DNA of 44,189 nucleotides from Escherichia phage JohannBuxtorf_Bas84: sequence record PQ850611.1; one strand, 5' to 3'. Shown piece by piece: positions 35,102 to 42,721 of this stretch (position 1 is its first letter; each line of letters starts with the position of its first letter). The notes under the pieces were generated by a model. It saw only the letters and a program-made list of their open reading frames with translations, ran no database searches and was not told where the DNA came from. The position numbers and the translations under genes were made by a program.

Positions 35102-35353
35102 TTATTTTGTCTCCCAGCGGTCAATTGTTTTTGCTTCGGATGCAACTGCGAAGCGAACATATTCCAGATTGGAATCCGCCCAAATATAAAAGTCGGGGTT
35201 AGTAAAGGTGGTGCGCTTAATTTGCGCGGGGGTGTTACGGCGTTTATCTATTACGGCAACGCGTGACTGAAAGCTGCCGATGCGTTCGAATAGCCAATAG
35301 TACGGGCGCTGGTCGCGGGAGTCCACCGCCTCGATTAGCGTGAAGCGTGCCAT
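35102..35353 (-). CDS. hypothetical protein
   Basis: 83 aa; RBS AGGA; preceded by a minus-strand terminator. Confidence 0.45.
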   Translation of the reverse strand: MARFTLIEAVDSRDQRPYYWLFERIGSFQSRVAVIDKRRNTPAQIKRTTFTNPDFYIWADSNLEYVRFAVASEAKTIDRWETK

Positions 35354-35361
35354 TGTCTCGT

Positions 35362-35393
35362 CCTCTAAAAAGAGGCCCGCAGATTAGCGGGCC
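35362..35393 (-). terminator. minus-strand intrinsic terminator after acidic-protein gene
   Basis: stem ggcccgc/gcgggcc with 6-nt loop followed on minus strand by tcttttt. Confidence 0.65.
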
Positions 35394-35401
35394 GGATACT
35401 A

Positions 35402-35905
35402 TTAATCTTCCAGTTCGAAATAGGTTTCGACGATTTCTTTTAAATCTTTGTGGAAGTCTTCAACGTCGTCGTCTTCCAGCTTGGCGATGGATTTAATTTC
35501 GAACGCGTCCAGCAGATCATCAAATTCGTCGTTCGCATCATCATCATCACCACCTGCAATGATAGCGGCATACTGTTTGATTTCGTCGCGCATTTCTGCC
35601 AGCGGGTCAGCTTCTTTCTTGCCTTTACCTTTCGCTTTCTTAGACTTCGCCGGAGCTTCTTCTTCCGCTTCGTCGTCTTCATCTTCTACGACTTCCTTCT
35701 TAGCCTTACCTTTAGCCGGTGCTTTTTTAGCTTTCGCCGGTGCTTCGGCTTCATCGTCGTCATCTTCTACGACTTCTTTTTTGGCCTTAGACGGCTTCTT
35801 GTCTTCCTGCTTACCAACGGCAGCGCCAACGGTTTCATAATGTTTAGCGATGGTTTCCAGTGCTACTACGCCGCGAGTGATCAGGTTTACGATTTGCTCA
35901 AACAT
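35402..35905 (-). CDS. highly acidic repeat protein, first gene of minus-strand early block
   Basis: 167 aa from ATG 35905 (MFEQIV...) with RBS GGAG; about 50 Asp/Glu versus about 28 Lys/Arg; internal repeats KKEVVEDDDDEAEAPAKAKK. Confidence 0.55.
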   Translation of the reverse strand: MFEQIVNLITRGVVALETIAKHYETVGAAVGKQEDKKPSKAKKEVVEDDDDEAEAPAKAKKAPAKGKAKKEVVEDEDDEAEEEAPAKSKKAKGKGKKEADPLAEMRDEIKQYAAIIAGGDDDDANDEFDDLLDAFEIKSIAKLEDDDVEDFHKDLKEIVETYFELED

Positions 35906-36138
35906 GGTATATCTCCGATTGGTTAAGTTTAGGTGTCGGCAGTTAACTTCGTCGGTGGCCTTAACATATTGCCCGGTTACGCGTTCTCCCGTTAGGGTAG
36001 TGGACCGGGTTATATAATCACGGTTGGGAATCCTGACACTTCGATCCGGCCCCTGCGTTGCCCCTCTCCAGTTTGCGTCCTGCATCCTGTCGACGGAGTG
36101 AATAATAGATTGGTTGCAGGATGGGTGTCAACAACTAA

Positions 36139-36177
36139 TTTAAAAAAAAAAGCGCCGAGGCAAAATGCACCGGCGCT
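36139..36177 (-). terminator. strong minus-strand intrinsic terminator in divergent control region
   Basis: perfect 7-bp stem agcgccg/cggcgct (36151-36157/36171-36177) followed on the minus strand by U10 (plus-strand A10 at 36142-36151); no U tract on plus strand. Confidence 0.75.
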
Positions 36178-36206
36178 AACCAATAGGAGACAATGAGACG
36201 GGAATT

Positions 36207-36235
36207 ATTATTACACGCGTGCGCGCCCGTTTCAA
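36207..36235 (-). promoter_or_regulatory. putative sigma70-like promoter reading leftwards
   Basis: minus-strand TTGAAA (plus 36230-36235), 17-bp spacer, AATAAT (plus 36207-36212); about 55-60 nt upstream of the minus-strand terminator. Confidence 0.35.
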
Positions 36236-36247
36236 TATCCAAAGGAT

Positions 36248-36276
36248 TTGACACCGTGCAGTTTTGGGTGTAGTTT
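36248..36276 (+). promoter_or_regulatory. putative sigma70-like promoter for plus-strand replication block
   Basis: TTGACA (36248-36253), 17-bp spacer, TAGTTT (36271-36276); about 30 nt upstream of ATG 36308 with RBS AGGAGA. Confidence 0.5.
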
Positions 36277-36307
36277 CGTTGGTCATTAACCAACAGGAGA
36301 CTGAATT

Positions 36308-36637
36308 ATGAATATCAAAGAAGCAATTGAAGTGTTATCTAATGCAATCCGCGGCGAAGCGGGTAAATCCTGGTATTACACAAATGCGGTGGATACTCTG
36401 TTATTTGAAGTGTCCAGATTATCGCGTGCGGAGAAGGAGCTTACCGCGAAGCTGGAATTGCTCAACGGCACGGCAGCAAGCAAGCTGCAAAAACACAATG
36501 AAGAAATGGAAGAATACAAAAAGCAGGTTATCCGTTTGCGCAATGAGGGAAAGTCATGGGCGATGATTGCCGAGTTGACCGGAATTAATCAGAGCACAGT
36601 GCGCTCCTGGGTACGCAATAATAAAACTTCTAAGTAA
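36308..36637 (+). CDS. HTH-domain protein, putative transcriptional regulator
   Basis: 109 aa; C-terminal helix-turn-helix-like segment SWAMIAELTGINQSTVRSWVR; first gene downstream of divergent promoter region. Confidence 0.5.
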   Translation: MNIKEAIEVLSNAIRGEAGKSWYYTNAVDTLLFEVSRLSRAEKELTAKLELLNGTAASKLQKHNEEMEEYKKQVIRLRNEGKSWAMIAELTGINQSTVRSWVRNNKTSK

Positions 36638-36647
36638 GGCCACGGCA

Positions 36648-38912
36648 ATGAGCTTGATTAAATTCGCTGTAACAAAACCCGCTAAAAAAGGCGAAAAAGC
36701 CAGGGCGGAAAACTTCCAGATGACTACCGAAGAGTTTTTCGAATTTATCAATGATGCGAAAGAAATCTCCTCGGTGCATATCAACAAGACGGAAGATAAA
36801 GCCGAGTATGCGCGCCGTAAGCGTAAGGCTGATGGTATTGTGGCTTATACCCGTGACGGCTTACGTCGCAAGACCAGTGCGGTGGACCGCTCGATCCTGT
36901 TCTTCGATATTGACCGTACCGACACCCGCACCCTGCGCCGCTGCCGTAAGGCGTTCATCGACGCGGGGCTGGAACATGTATTCCACACCACAACCGGCGA
37001 CCGCCACCCGCTGAAGGGCGGCACGCGTTGCGCCCGTTTCCTGGTGCTCACTGACAAGCCTGTACCGGCTGAAGACCTGGGCCGCGTCCAGTATGCACTA
37101 TTACACCAACTGGGGCTGTCAGATGTGGACTTCGACGATTGCACGAAAGACACAAACCGCCTGATGTACCTGCCACACCAGCAGTCCGTTATTAAGTGCC
37201 ACTATGGCAAGCGCGCCAATGTGCGTCGTCTACTACGTCGGGCGGACAAGCTGGGGGTGGAAAAAGAGGAAGTACGCCGCGAGCTTACCCATGGCGACGA
37301 CGCAGTGGCAGACGGCATTCTGGACTGGTGCTTCCAGGCAGGATTCGAGGAGTTATCTTCCGGTCGCGGTTATGAAGTGCCGTGCCCGAACGAACATCTG
37401 CACAGCGGCGAAGGGTCGACGGCTGTCATGGTCAAGGATGGCGAGATCCGTTTCAAGTGTATGCACACCGGCAACGAGTGCTGTTCCGAACTGAACAGAC
37501 ACCAGCACCTGGCGCTACGTCTTATCGGGATCCCGGACCACCTGAACGTCGAGCCACACAACATGTCCCGTAAGCAAATCGCCGCCATCCTTCCAGGACT
37601 GGACGACGAGGAAGTCGAATCCTTATATGAACATATCGTTGATGCGGTCGGAGACGGCGACGAGTACGGCGTGTGTACTGATGCAGACCTGGACAACGAG
37701 CCGGTCGCACTGTTCAGTAAGCACGACCCGATCATCGAAGGCCTGGTCAACTTCAAATCGACCTGGTATCTCGCCGGTGAGTCGAACATTGGCAAGTCGT
37801 TCTACGTGCTGGGCCAAATGGGTGCGGTTGCCGCGGGTATTCCGTTCGGTGGCGCGAAGGTCGTCCAGTCTCATTGCTTCTATTTCGACGCGGAAGGTGG
37901 CGAAGCCTCCAACCAGCGTAAGGAGGCATTGCAGATTAAATATGAGCACGACCTGGACAAGCTGCACATTATCGATCTGCAATCTCGCGGCTGGGATATC
38001 ACCAGCAAATCAGGCTTGCGTGAAGTTATCAGCTTCATCAACCGCACCGCTAACGGCGAACCGGTTGGCCTGGTGGCGTTCGACTCACTCAACCAGACTG
38101 TTGCGTTGCGATCCGCCGATGCTAAACCGTTCGACGAGAACAACGCCAGCGATATGGGCGAAGTGGTCAAGGCGCTGAAGGCCATCGCGGAAAATACAGG
38201 CGGCAGTGCGGGCGTCATCCACCACCCGGCGAAAGGTGCAAACGGCAGCAGATCTCCCCGTGGGTCCGGCGCGCTGCATGGTGCTGTCGATTCTGCGTTC
38301 TTCCTGGAGCAACCAGACGACAACCAGCCCGGACAATTGAACCTGTATCATGAGAAGGCACGTAACGGCATCAAGCAAGCGCCGCGCGGCTTCGTCCTGC
38401 TCAAGTGCAAGGTTAAGGTGGATCTCCGCAAGTCCGAAGCGTTCGAAGCCCACCAGTCCACCAGCGCCGGGCCAGACTTCGGTGACGTCGTTGCCGGTTG
38501 GGACGTCAAGCCGATCGCATCCACCCCGCGCGACGAGACTCTCTACCTCGTACCGGTCGCCCTGGCACCGTTCGCTATAGAACAGGCGAAGGCCGCAGGA
38601 AAAGCCGCAGTTAAGGAAGAGAACGCCGCAGGACCGCGCAACGAAAAAGAGAAAGTGCTTTATGCGGCACTGGAAAAACTGATGGAAGATAACCCGGACC
38701 ATACCGGATTCAGTAAATCGGCAATTGTCCGCCAGGCTGGACTTGCGAAAGGTGGCACATCGACGAAGGCAATAGACGATATGGTGGAGCGCGGCGTGCT
38801 CGGTTTTTATACAGATCCGCGCACCGGGGCCATCTATGGGTCGTCGAATATCGTCATCAAAACGAATATACCCATCACGCTTTCTGCGACCGATGACGAC
38901 CTGAAAGATTAA
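36648..38912 (+). CDS. primase-helicase fusion (AEP/PrimPol-like N-terminal domain, RecA/DnaB-like ATPase C-terminal domain)
   Basis: 754 aa; FFDIDRTD (DxD) and HVFHTT motifs; Cys/His cluster CPNEHLH...CMHTGNEC; Walker A GESNIGKS and Walker B-like LVAFDSL. Confidence 0.65.
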   Translation: MSLIKFAVTKPAKKGEKARAENFQMTTEEFFEFINDAKEISSVHINKTEDKAEYARRKRKADGIVAYTRDGLRRKTSAVDRSILFFDIDRTDTRTLRRCRKAFIDAGLEHVFHTTTGDRHPLKGGTRCARFLVLTDKPVPAEDLGRVQYALLHQLGLSDVDFDDCTKDTNRLMYLPHQQSVIKCHYGKRANVRRLLRRADKLGVEKEEVRRELTHGDDAVADGILDWCFQAGFEELSSGRGYEVPCPNEHLHSGEGSTAVMVKDGEIRFKCMHTGNECCSELNRHQHLALRLIGIPDHLNVEPHNMSRKQIAAILPGLDDEEVESLYEHIVDAVGDGDEYGVCTDADLDNEPVALFSKHDPIIEGLVNFKSTWYLAGESNIGKSFYVLGQMGAVAAGIPFGGAKVVQSHCFYFDAEGGEASNQRKEALQIKYEHDLDKLHIIDLQSRGWDITSKSGLREVISFINRTANGEPVGLVAFDSLNQTVALRSADAKPFDENNASDMGEVVKALKAIAENTGGSAGVIHHPAKGANGSRSPRGSGALHGAVDSAFFLEQPDDNQPGQLNLYHEKARNGIKQAPRGFVLLKCKVKVDLRKSEAFEAHQSTSAGPDFGDVVAGWDVKPIASTPRDETLYLVPVALAPFAIEQAKAAGKAAVKEENAAGPRNEKEKVLYAALEKLMEDNPDHTGFSKSAIVRQAGLAKGGTSTKAIDDMVERGVLGFYTDPRTGAIYGSSNIVIKTNIPITLSATDDDLKD

Positions 38913-39056
38913 ATTTTGCGCGCATTGGTCGCCGATATGGGAATTACCATATCGCTAAAAGATTAATTTGTGCGCGCATTGGTTGCCATTTTGAGTGTTT
39001 TTATCTGGTCGTATTGGTTGCCGTGTAGTGTAAATATAATGAATAGTTATGCAGTT

Positions 39057-39235
39057 TTATTGCATAAAGTAGGCGGGACAGAAAGCGGGACAAACATGAG
39101 GCGGGACAAAGCGGGACAGCACCCCCGTCCCGCCACGGATGGCGCGGCCTGGAGGGGAGCGGGACAGCGGGACAGCACCCCCAGTCTTTCAGACTAGACG
39201 GGGGTCAATGGCCCCCCTCGTCTGAGACTGAATAA
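39057..39235. repeat. structured non-coding element copy B: CGGGACA direct-repeat array plus 60-bp hairpin module
   Basis: 6 direct GCGGGACA (39073, 39085, 39101, 39111, 39159, 39167), inverted GTCCCG at 39127, then a module near-identical to 11561-11620 (one extra C). Confidence 0.85.
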
Positions 39236-39449
39236 AATCCGGGGATTGCAAAATACACGGCAGCATGACGCGAAGTGCGGTCGCGGATGAACTAGGCAAC
39301 CAATGCGGGTTGTATTATGCTGAGTGAAAAATGCGGTTTGCAGCCACAGCAGATAGCGATCAACTTTTTCATACGCATGATTAATATTGGTTGCATTCAG
39401 CCTGGCACCCTGCTAGATTGGTTGCACACCAACGAGAGGACCAAACAAA

Positions 39450-39929
39450 ATGAAATTTCCAGTAACCATCAAAGACGGTAAATCAACTATCAGCTTCACC
39501 AGCAACGACCAGGGCACCTATGAAAGCGGGGCGACTTGCATGTCTACCCTGGACGATGTGATGATTCGTGTTAATTCCGGTAAAGCCTCGATTGTTGACG
39601 ACAACACTAAGAAGGACCGAACAATGAGAGCACTAATCTGGAATTACTCACTGGCCCTGGCAAAGCTGAACGAAGCGAAGGCGCTGAACGGCAACGTAGA
39701 CCGTGCGCGCCAGTTTGCGACACTGGCACACCAGTCAATCATGTGTGCGCTAGACGATATGGACGCCGGCATGGATGACCTGGGTCCGCTGCGTAAGGCA
39801 ATCCATGAATACGCGCTGGCATTCTCCCGTGAGCGCCTGGCGTATCGCTTCGGTATTGGCGATAAGGCAGTGACAAACGTCGCCCGGATTAAAGCCCAGC
39901 GCGAACTATTCTCCCAGCTTGCGAAATAA
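39450..39929 (+). CDS. hypothetical protein
   Basis: 159 aa; RBS GAGAGGA preceded by ATTGGTTGCA motif; no recognised motif. Confidence 0.55.
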   Translation: MKFPVTIKDGKSTISFTSNDQGTYESGATCMSTLDDVMIRVNSGKASIVDDNTKKDRTMRALIWNYSLALAKLNEAKALNGNVDRARQFATLAHQSIMCALDDMDAGMDDLGPLRKAIHEYALAFSRERLAYRFGIGDKAVTNVARIKAQRELFSQLAK

Positions 39930-39938
39930 GGGGCCAAA

Positions 39939-40208
39939 ATGAGCCGTAGGCGCGCTAAACAGCTTTCCTGGCATATTCCCCTGCATTGCATACGAATATG
40001 GGCTAAGAATGCGAATGAGGGGGATTCTGTATTCTGGTGCTATCGCGACGACGTTAAACCGTTGACGCAGACTCGCTACCTGCACCAGTTCGCAGCACAA
40101 CATGATTTCAGGGTGCGGACTTCCTTGCAACCAATGGGAATACGTATTACATTACGCCGGAAGCCCGCCGTTGAGCGGGTAGGCAAACACTGGAGACTGA
40201 GCAAATGA
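39939..40208 (+). CDS. small basic hypothetical protein
   Basis: 89 aa; RBS AAGGGG; Arg/Lys-rich. Confidence 0.45.
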   Translation: MSRRRAKQLSWHIPLHCIRIWAKNANEGDSVFWCYRDDVKPLTQTRYLHQFAAQHDFRVRTSLQPMGIRITLRRKPAVERVGKHWRLSK

Positions 40209-40579
40209 AACTGATATTCCGCAATAAACATAATGGGCGATTCCTTACCCCGATCGAAGTGCTGCCGAACTATGTGCGCATGTACCATGAAGCCAGCGAC
40301 CGCGTATTCTGGTACAAGAAAGCCACCCTGCATGAGCATTTGCAGGTAGTGCATCACGACGTACGAGTAGGTGATGTGCTGCGTGATGCGCGTGACGGGT
40401 CGCTGTTAGAGGTGCTCCGCGTGAGCACGGACGGCGTTATGCTGCACAGTGGTAAAACACAACGCGGCGTTCTGCTCACGGGCCTGGTGAATTACGCCCG
40501 CGTAGGCCGTAACTATAAACTTAAGCGCCCTGACGGCAGCATGAAGTCTACCGATCCGCGCGGGGTCGTTCTGAGATGA
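40205..40579 (+). CDS. hypothetical protein
   Basis: 124 aa; RBS GGAG; ATGA overlap with upstream gene. Confidence 0.5.
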   Translation: MKLIFRNKHNGRFLTPIEVLPNYVRMYHEASDRVFWYKKATLHEHLQVVHHDVRVGDVLRDARDGSLLEVLRVSTDGVMLHSGKTQRGVLLTGLVNYARVGRNYKLKRPDGSMKSTDPRGVVLR

Positions 40580-40746
40580 ATAAATTCGATTTAGTGCGGG
40601 ATAGATTAACCCGCGATTTGTATCTGGTTGTAGCCGTAACCCATTACCAGGTTAAACTACGTAATATGGATACTAAGCAAGCGCACTGGGCGCCACGCCA
40701 TAACCCACACCTGGAGGTAGTATCCCGTGTCGGCTGTGATTCGTGA
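40576..40746 (+). CDS. small hypothetical protein
   Basis: 56 aa ORF (MNKFDLVRDRL...) with ATGA overlap to upstream gene; below the 60-aa cutoff of the ORF track. Confidence 0.3.
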   Translation: MNKFDLVRDRLTRDLYLVVAVTHYQVKLRNMDTKQAHWAPRHNPHLEVVSRVGCDS

Positions 40747-40949
40747 TATGCTCATGCACAACCGCTTTGAGATCGGCGGTCGGGTGTTCCGCAATTACTT
40801 CGTGGCGCGTGCCTGGGCGCGCCATATTGGCAAACCAGAGGGGGCAATACGGTGCTATACATCCTCGCGATAATGTGCGGTGGCAGTCTTGCGGCCCTTG
40901 TCTTGTTGGCGGGGATTATCAGCCTGATTAAATACTTATGGTGCAAATT

Positions 40950-41237
40950 ATGATACACGATTTGATTTATTGGTTTGGATTGGGGTGCGCGACACTCTTT
41001 GTTACGGTGCTGGCGTTGTTGGTATGGGTGTTCCTGATTTGGCCTGCGGTGGAAGCCGCCAGCATTACCCGCATGACGTTCCGGATATACAAGCGCCGTG
41101 GCATCACGGAGCACCCTACCAGGTTGCGCATGTGGTGGCTATGGTATCGCGATATGATTGGCGGTCGAACATTCGAAGCCGTCAGATCATCCGGGTGGGA
41201 GTGGAAAGGCGTCGGCAAGTGGTCCATTTTCGATTAA
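40950..41237 (+). CDS. small membrane protein (alternative start 40938)
   Basis: about 95 aa with N-terminal transmembrane segment LIYWFGLGCATLFVTVLALLVWVFLIW; coupled to upstream tiny hydrophobic ORF. Confidence 0.4.
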   Translation: MIHDLIYWFGLGCATLFVTVLALLVWVFLIWPAVEAASITRMTFRIYKRRGITEHPTRLRMWWLWYRDMIGGRTFEAVRSSGWEWKGVGKWSIFD

Positions 41238-41254
41238 ATACGCAAGCGTGATAT

Positions 41255-41289
41255 AGTCCCAGTGAGCTAAAACTTACTGGGACTTTTTT
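41255..41289 (+). terminator. intrinsic terminator immediately upstream of holin-like gene
   Basis: perfect 9-bp stem agtcccagt/actgggact with 12-nt loop followed by T6 ending at ATG 41290. Confidence 0.7.
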
Positions 41290-41580
41290 ATGGATAAGCT
41301 GAACGAGTGGTTATTCGCCCTCGCGTGTCTGGCGGGGGGCTTCGTTGGCGCTCGCATTCATGGTGAGGCCACGAAAGGGCCATTAAACTTTGTGTTATAT
41401 ATCGTGGTCGGCTTCTTGTGCGCCGTTTTCGGTGCGCCAGCTATTGCCGAGTGGGCTGGCTTATCTGGCGAGCGCACTGTCGCCGGTTTGGGCTTCGTAA
41501 CTGCAATCTTCTGGATGCCAATAGCCGCCCGGATCAGGGAGACTATTGAGTCGTTCCGACTTCCGGGGGGTGCAAAATGA
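41290..41580 (+). CDS. putative holin
   Basis: 96 aa with multiple hydrophobic segments; directly upstream of endolysin cluster. Confidence 0.45.
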   Translation: MDKLNEWLFALACLAGGFVGARIHGEATKGPLNFVLYIVVGFLCAVFGAPAIAEWAGLSGERTVAGLGFVTAIFWMPIAARIRETIESFRLPGGAK

Positions 41581-41822
41581 TTATCTCCGTCCTGTTGTTT
41601 GTTATCATAGGGGCTTCGTCCCTGTTTAACGTGTACGCGCCATCCGTTCAGGATGGCTTCTTCGGTCGGGTGCTGTATCTGTTAACGGCAATGGTCTGTA
41701 TTATCGGATTGTTGCAAACAGGAGACGTATCTGACACCACCTGGACCGCGTTAATCTGGCTGTTTGCATTGCGCACGCTGCGTAATGCTGTTTTGAATGG
41801 GGTAAAACATGCGATTCAGTGA
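41577..41822 (+). CDS. small membrane protein (holin/antiholin candidate)
   Basis: 81 aa; hydrophobic segments; ATGA overlap with upstream gene; overlaps lysozyme start. Confidence 0.4.
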   Translation: MIISVLLFVIIGASSLFNVYAPSVQDGFFGRVLYLLTAMVCIIGLLQTGDVSDTTWTALIWLFALRTLRNAVLNGVKHAIQ

Positions 41823-42300
41823 CAACGGTCTACGATTTACGGCAGCATGGGAGACGTTTAGCCCGGTGCCGTATTTCGCGACTAAGAAAGAGCAGGCCCG
41901 CGGCCTGTACACCTGGGGTTATGGTCACACTGGCACTAACCCGCCTCGAAGCATTACCCGCGCGGAAGCGCTGGAGCTACTTAAGCGCGATGTGGCGTAT
42001 GCTGAGGACTGGGTGAACAAATACGCGCATAAGAGCATTAACCAGGCGCAATTCGACGCGCTGGTGGACCTGGTTATCAATGCAGGTCAAGGTCCGATCG
42101 TACCGGACCATATTGCCAATGACTTCGACGACGCGGTGCGCTTGGGCGACTGGGCGAAGGTCCGTGCTACGCTGCCGCAGTTCCGCAAGCAAGGCGGCGA
42201 AGTGCTTAAGGGTCTGGTACGCCGTGCAATCGGCAGACAGGCGTTGTTTGATGGTAAGCAGTGGGACGTTGCCGAACGAATCGGTCGTAACGCTGCATAA
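41809..42300 (+). CDS. endolysin, phage lysozyme (GH24-like)
   Basis: 163 aa; RBS GGGG; N-terminal WETF...YTWGYGHTG resembles the E...GxWTIGxGHT core of lambdoid/P22-type lysozymes. Confidence 0.65.
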   Translation: MRFSDNGLRFTAAWETFSPVPYFATKKEQARGLYTWGYGHTGTNPPRSITRAEALELLKRDVAYAEDWVNKYAHKSINQAQFDALVDLVINAGQGPIVPDHIANDFDDAVRLGDWAKVRATLPQFRKQGGEVLKGLVRRAIGRQALFDGKQWDVAERIGRNAA

Positions 42301-42316
42301 TACGAGGGGACACGAT

Positions 42317-42484
42317 ATGTTAAAAAGTATTCTTGATCATAATGCGGACGCGCTTGCCGCACTGGCTAAAACCGAAGACCCAGGCGCACGCGCTATCATC
42401 GCGGACTCTATCAACCACGCCGGGGTCTTCGATGCGAAGCTGCCAAGCCCACCACCGCAGGAGGAATCTGGCCCCGCAGCGTAA
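42317..42484 (+). CDS. small hypothetical protein
   Basis: 55 aa; RBS GAGGGGA; followed by intrinsic terminator. Confidence 0.35.
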   Translation: MLKSILDHNADALAALAKTEDPGARAIIADSINHAGVFDAKLPSPPPQEESGPAA

Positions 42485-42491
42485 ACAATTA

Positions 42492-42516
42492 AGCCCGGAA
42501 TTAACCGGGCTTTTTA
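42492..42516 (+). terminator. intrinsic terminator after lysis cluster
   Basis: stem agcccgg/ccgggct with 6-nt loop and T5. Confidence 0.75.
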
Positions 42517-42721
42517 TTGCTTGACTCGCAACCAACATAGGGGCCATACTGCAACCAATCAACGAGAGGAGTAATCAAGATGGCACGTAAAGATATTTGG
42601 GTATTAGCGATCTGGACCACCGCGGCTTTTATCGGCATGGTTATTTGCGAATTGATATAGCCCGCCGCCATATGGACCGTGGTATATTGTCCACGGTCCA
42701 CTAATCAGGAATTAATTAAAT

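Noticed and set aside
36011-36018. TATATAAT box as a promoter -10
   Set aside because: No acceptable -35 partner found on either strand at 16-18 bp spacing; kept only as a note within the control-region finding.
36184-36264. 26-aa ORF (MRRELLLHACAPVSISKGFDTVQFWV) in the divergent control region
   Set aside because: RBS spacing of only 2-3 nt and overlap with predicted promoter elements; more likely non-coding.
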